A DNA stretch of 64,000 bases from Eledone cirrhosa (taxonomy: Eukaryota): positions 37,014,001-37,078,000 of the forward strand of contig OZ024751.1 of assembly GCA_964016885.1 (NCBI GenBank). The letters run 5' to 3'. Position 1 is the first letter of the stretch. Each line of letters starts with the position of its first letter. The notes beneath the pieces were generated by a model. The model was given only the letters and a program-made list of their open reading frames with translations, did not search any database and had not been told where the DNA came from. Position numbers and translations under genes: made by a program. This document shows, piece after piece, positions 61,302 to 64,000 of this stretch.

Positions 61302-61839
61302 ATATATATGTATATACACGTGTGGAAGGCATACATAAGTATCATGAAAGTACAATGATGATTGTAATTATAGATAGCACATAAAACCATGAAGTCTATA
61401 GAATTATGTTGTATTTACATTTATGAATTTCCAATAACAAATGAGTCTGAAGCTTCGATGATATATATATATATATATAACGCACTTTATTTTTAGATCA
61501 ATCTATTTCAACATAGGTTCCTGCAAACGAGTTTGTAGCGATGACCACAATGATAAGTCAGTGGTCTCTTGAGTGATGTCATATTCGTTTCATATCGTTT
61601 CTTTAACTCGAGTATATAGGGGATTACGATTGAAAACACTATAACTTGCTTGACACTATATGTTGAAAGCCCTATGAACGCCTTTAAGTAATGAAATTAT
61701 ATAATGTTTACTTGACCTATGTGATTCATGTTACACCACAGCTACAGTTGAGTAGTTAAGAAAACCTTTTCCTAAACATCTTGTGTTGAATAACACTGCC
61801 TGGTAAATATATTTTGCTACTGTATTGTGTTGATCAAGG

Positions 61840-61889
<50 letters not shown>

Positions 61890-62966
61890 TGTTGTTGTTG
61901 TTGTTGTTGTCTATTGTAAGGGACATGGATTGTTCACAGCCATTCCCTTATAAATTTAATGATTACACTTTGAAACAGAAAATTACCTTCTTTTATGATC
62001 GAGTGGTTAAAGGAATACCTCACAAACGTTTAGTGAACTAAACCCAATATTCAATTTTTATTCATGTCGATGGCTATACTCGATTTGTCAATGACTATAC
62101 TCCAGCCAACTGTATTTCCGATAGAAATAGAACTCAATTTAACTAGCTAATGTAATCTTGGAGAAAATTTATAATTCATCTCTCTATGTTCCCAGTATTT
62201 TAATATCTATTTCAACTAGTTTTCTGTTGAGAGTCTCACACTTTCGCCGCGGATTCCATGCAATTTTCCTGACAGTATACTGTACTTCTGTCCATTTAAC
62301 TATCGATACTGTCTACCTCACCTCGCTTAGTGAATCAAATCCAGTATGTTAGTCATTTTACGATGTCCATTTTATCGACTCGGATAGCTTTTGAATTTAG
62401 AACAAGCTGGTCTTAAACTGCACTAATTTAGCTCGGTATTGTGTCGATTATGAACAAATATAAAAAAAAGACGTCTCACAAATTATAAAAATGCAAGAAA
62501 AAGCAACAACAAATATTTGTGTCTAATAATAATAACTTGTGTGAGAGGAAGACGAGTACGAGGGTGAAAGGGGGTTTTGAATTTAAAATATTAACGGTCT
62601 AGCCGTTGAGATCAAACATAAAGGAAATGGTAATTGCAAGGCATATCAAAAGTAAAATTAAGGGTAGTTTGAATTGTAATGCCTCAAATATCAATAAGAA
62701 TTTCGATCGGTGGTTTTTTTTCCTACAATTTTTTCCCCTTCAATATCAGTTATTAACCGCTTCGTAAAAAAAAAAAAAAAAAGAAGAAAAAAGAAAAAAG
62801 AAAACATTACGTTTTTCATTTTTATTTTTTGACTTTCGATGTTTGCAATTAAGACAATGAAAGATTTTTACCAAATAAAATCCATCTTTTCGCTAAGGTT
62901 CGATCTCATATGCAAAACATGTTGGAAGAGAAAAGCGGTGGTTATGAGAAAAAAAAAAATTTTATT

Positions 62967-63022
<56 letters not shown>

Positions 63023-63276
63023 AATGAATAATATTAAAAAAAAAATTATTTGAAAGCAAAAAGTAAATGGACATCGTTATAGTAATTTTTCAATTATTGA
63101 TAACTTGTAACAACGGGTTTTGAAAACGCAATATGACCAAAAAGATTCGCCCATATACATGTCTCTCTCTCCCACCCTCTCTCTCTTCTCTCTCTCTCTC
63201 TCTCACGCATATATAGGTATGCACAAAACATCCCCCACCTATATATATATATATATATTTATTCGTGTGTGTGTAT

Positions 63277-63312
<36 letters not shown>

Positions 63313-63774
63313 TCATGAAATGTTGTATGACCTTTGCAAATTGCTATAGAAAATATCAAAATACCAAATTAGTATACAATTTATAATAAATGCAGACATA
63401 TTTTCACACGTTGATAACGTAGAAATTGTTTTCAAATAAATAAATATAAATAAATTATTGGTTTTTTATTCTTTTGTTGCCACCATAAGAAAGTCGTGTA
63501 TTTTGTGGGGGAGCAGGAAAGAGAGACGTGGAAAAAGGTGACAACAAGAACGTTAGGTGCGAACGTGAAATGTAATATTGAATCTACATTGTGGTATTAT
63601 GTCTGATGATGCATTCATTAGTACTAACGCTGCAACTCTCATTAAAGTTGCTTATTCATTATCGGTAACATGATTTATGAAAAAATAATCAATCCTGTGT
63701 AATATTTGGGGAGGAGAGAATAAGGTACATGAGTAATTGTCCAGAACGCCGTTGGAAATACTTTGCAATATAAT

Positions 63775-63852
<78 letters not shown>

Positions 63853-63854
63853 TA

Positions 63855-63910
<56 letters not shown>

Positions 63911-64000
63911 AATATATATATATAAATATAATATATATATATAAATATAAATATATATATATAAATATAAATATATATATAAATATATATATATATTTAT

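Overview
AT-rich, microsatellite-saturated eukaryotic DNA. The tRNA-derived SINE families present look like those of Octopus (coleoid cephalopod); this assignment is inferred from remembered repeat motifs, not from a search. I found no credible protein-coding gene: nearly every ORF in the track is a translation of (TA)n, (CA)n, (GA)n or trinucleotide repeats, so the window is intergenic or part of a very large intron. Identifiable content: about 25 SINE copies (three with recognisable target-site duplications), one complete non-autonomous Helitron carrying a 37-bp minisatellite, an RTE-like LINE 3' end, Penelope-like relics, and a 214-bp direct-repeat element. The most notable signal is a set of short unique islands embedded in microsatellites that carry type-I hammerhead ribozyme (HHR) motifs. 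One is structurally complete (53081-53136, minus strand), three have intact cores but weak stems (6151-6182, 11652-11736, 48726-48769), and several are decayed. A near-perfect 116-bp fold-back (16090-16205) appears to have arisen at such a ribozyme hairpin. Several perfect inverted duplications are centred on TA arrays. A few non-repetitive blocks are rich in transcription-factor motifs and may be enhancers.
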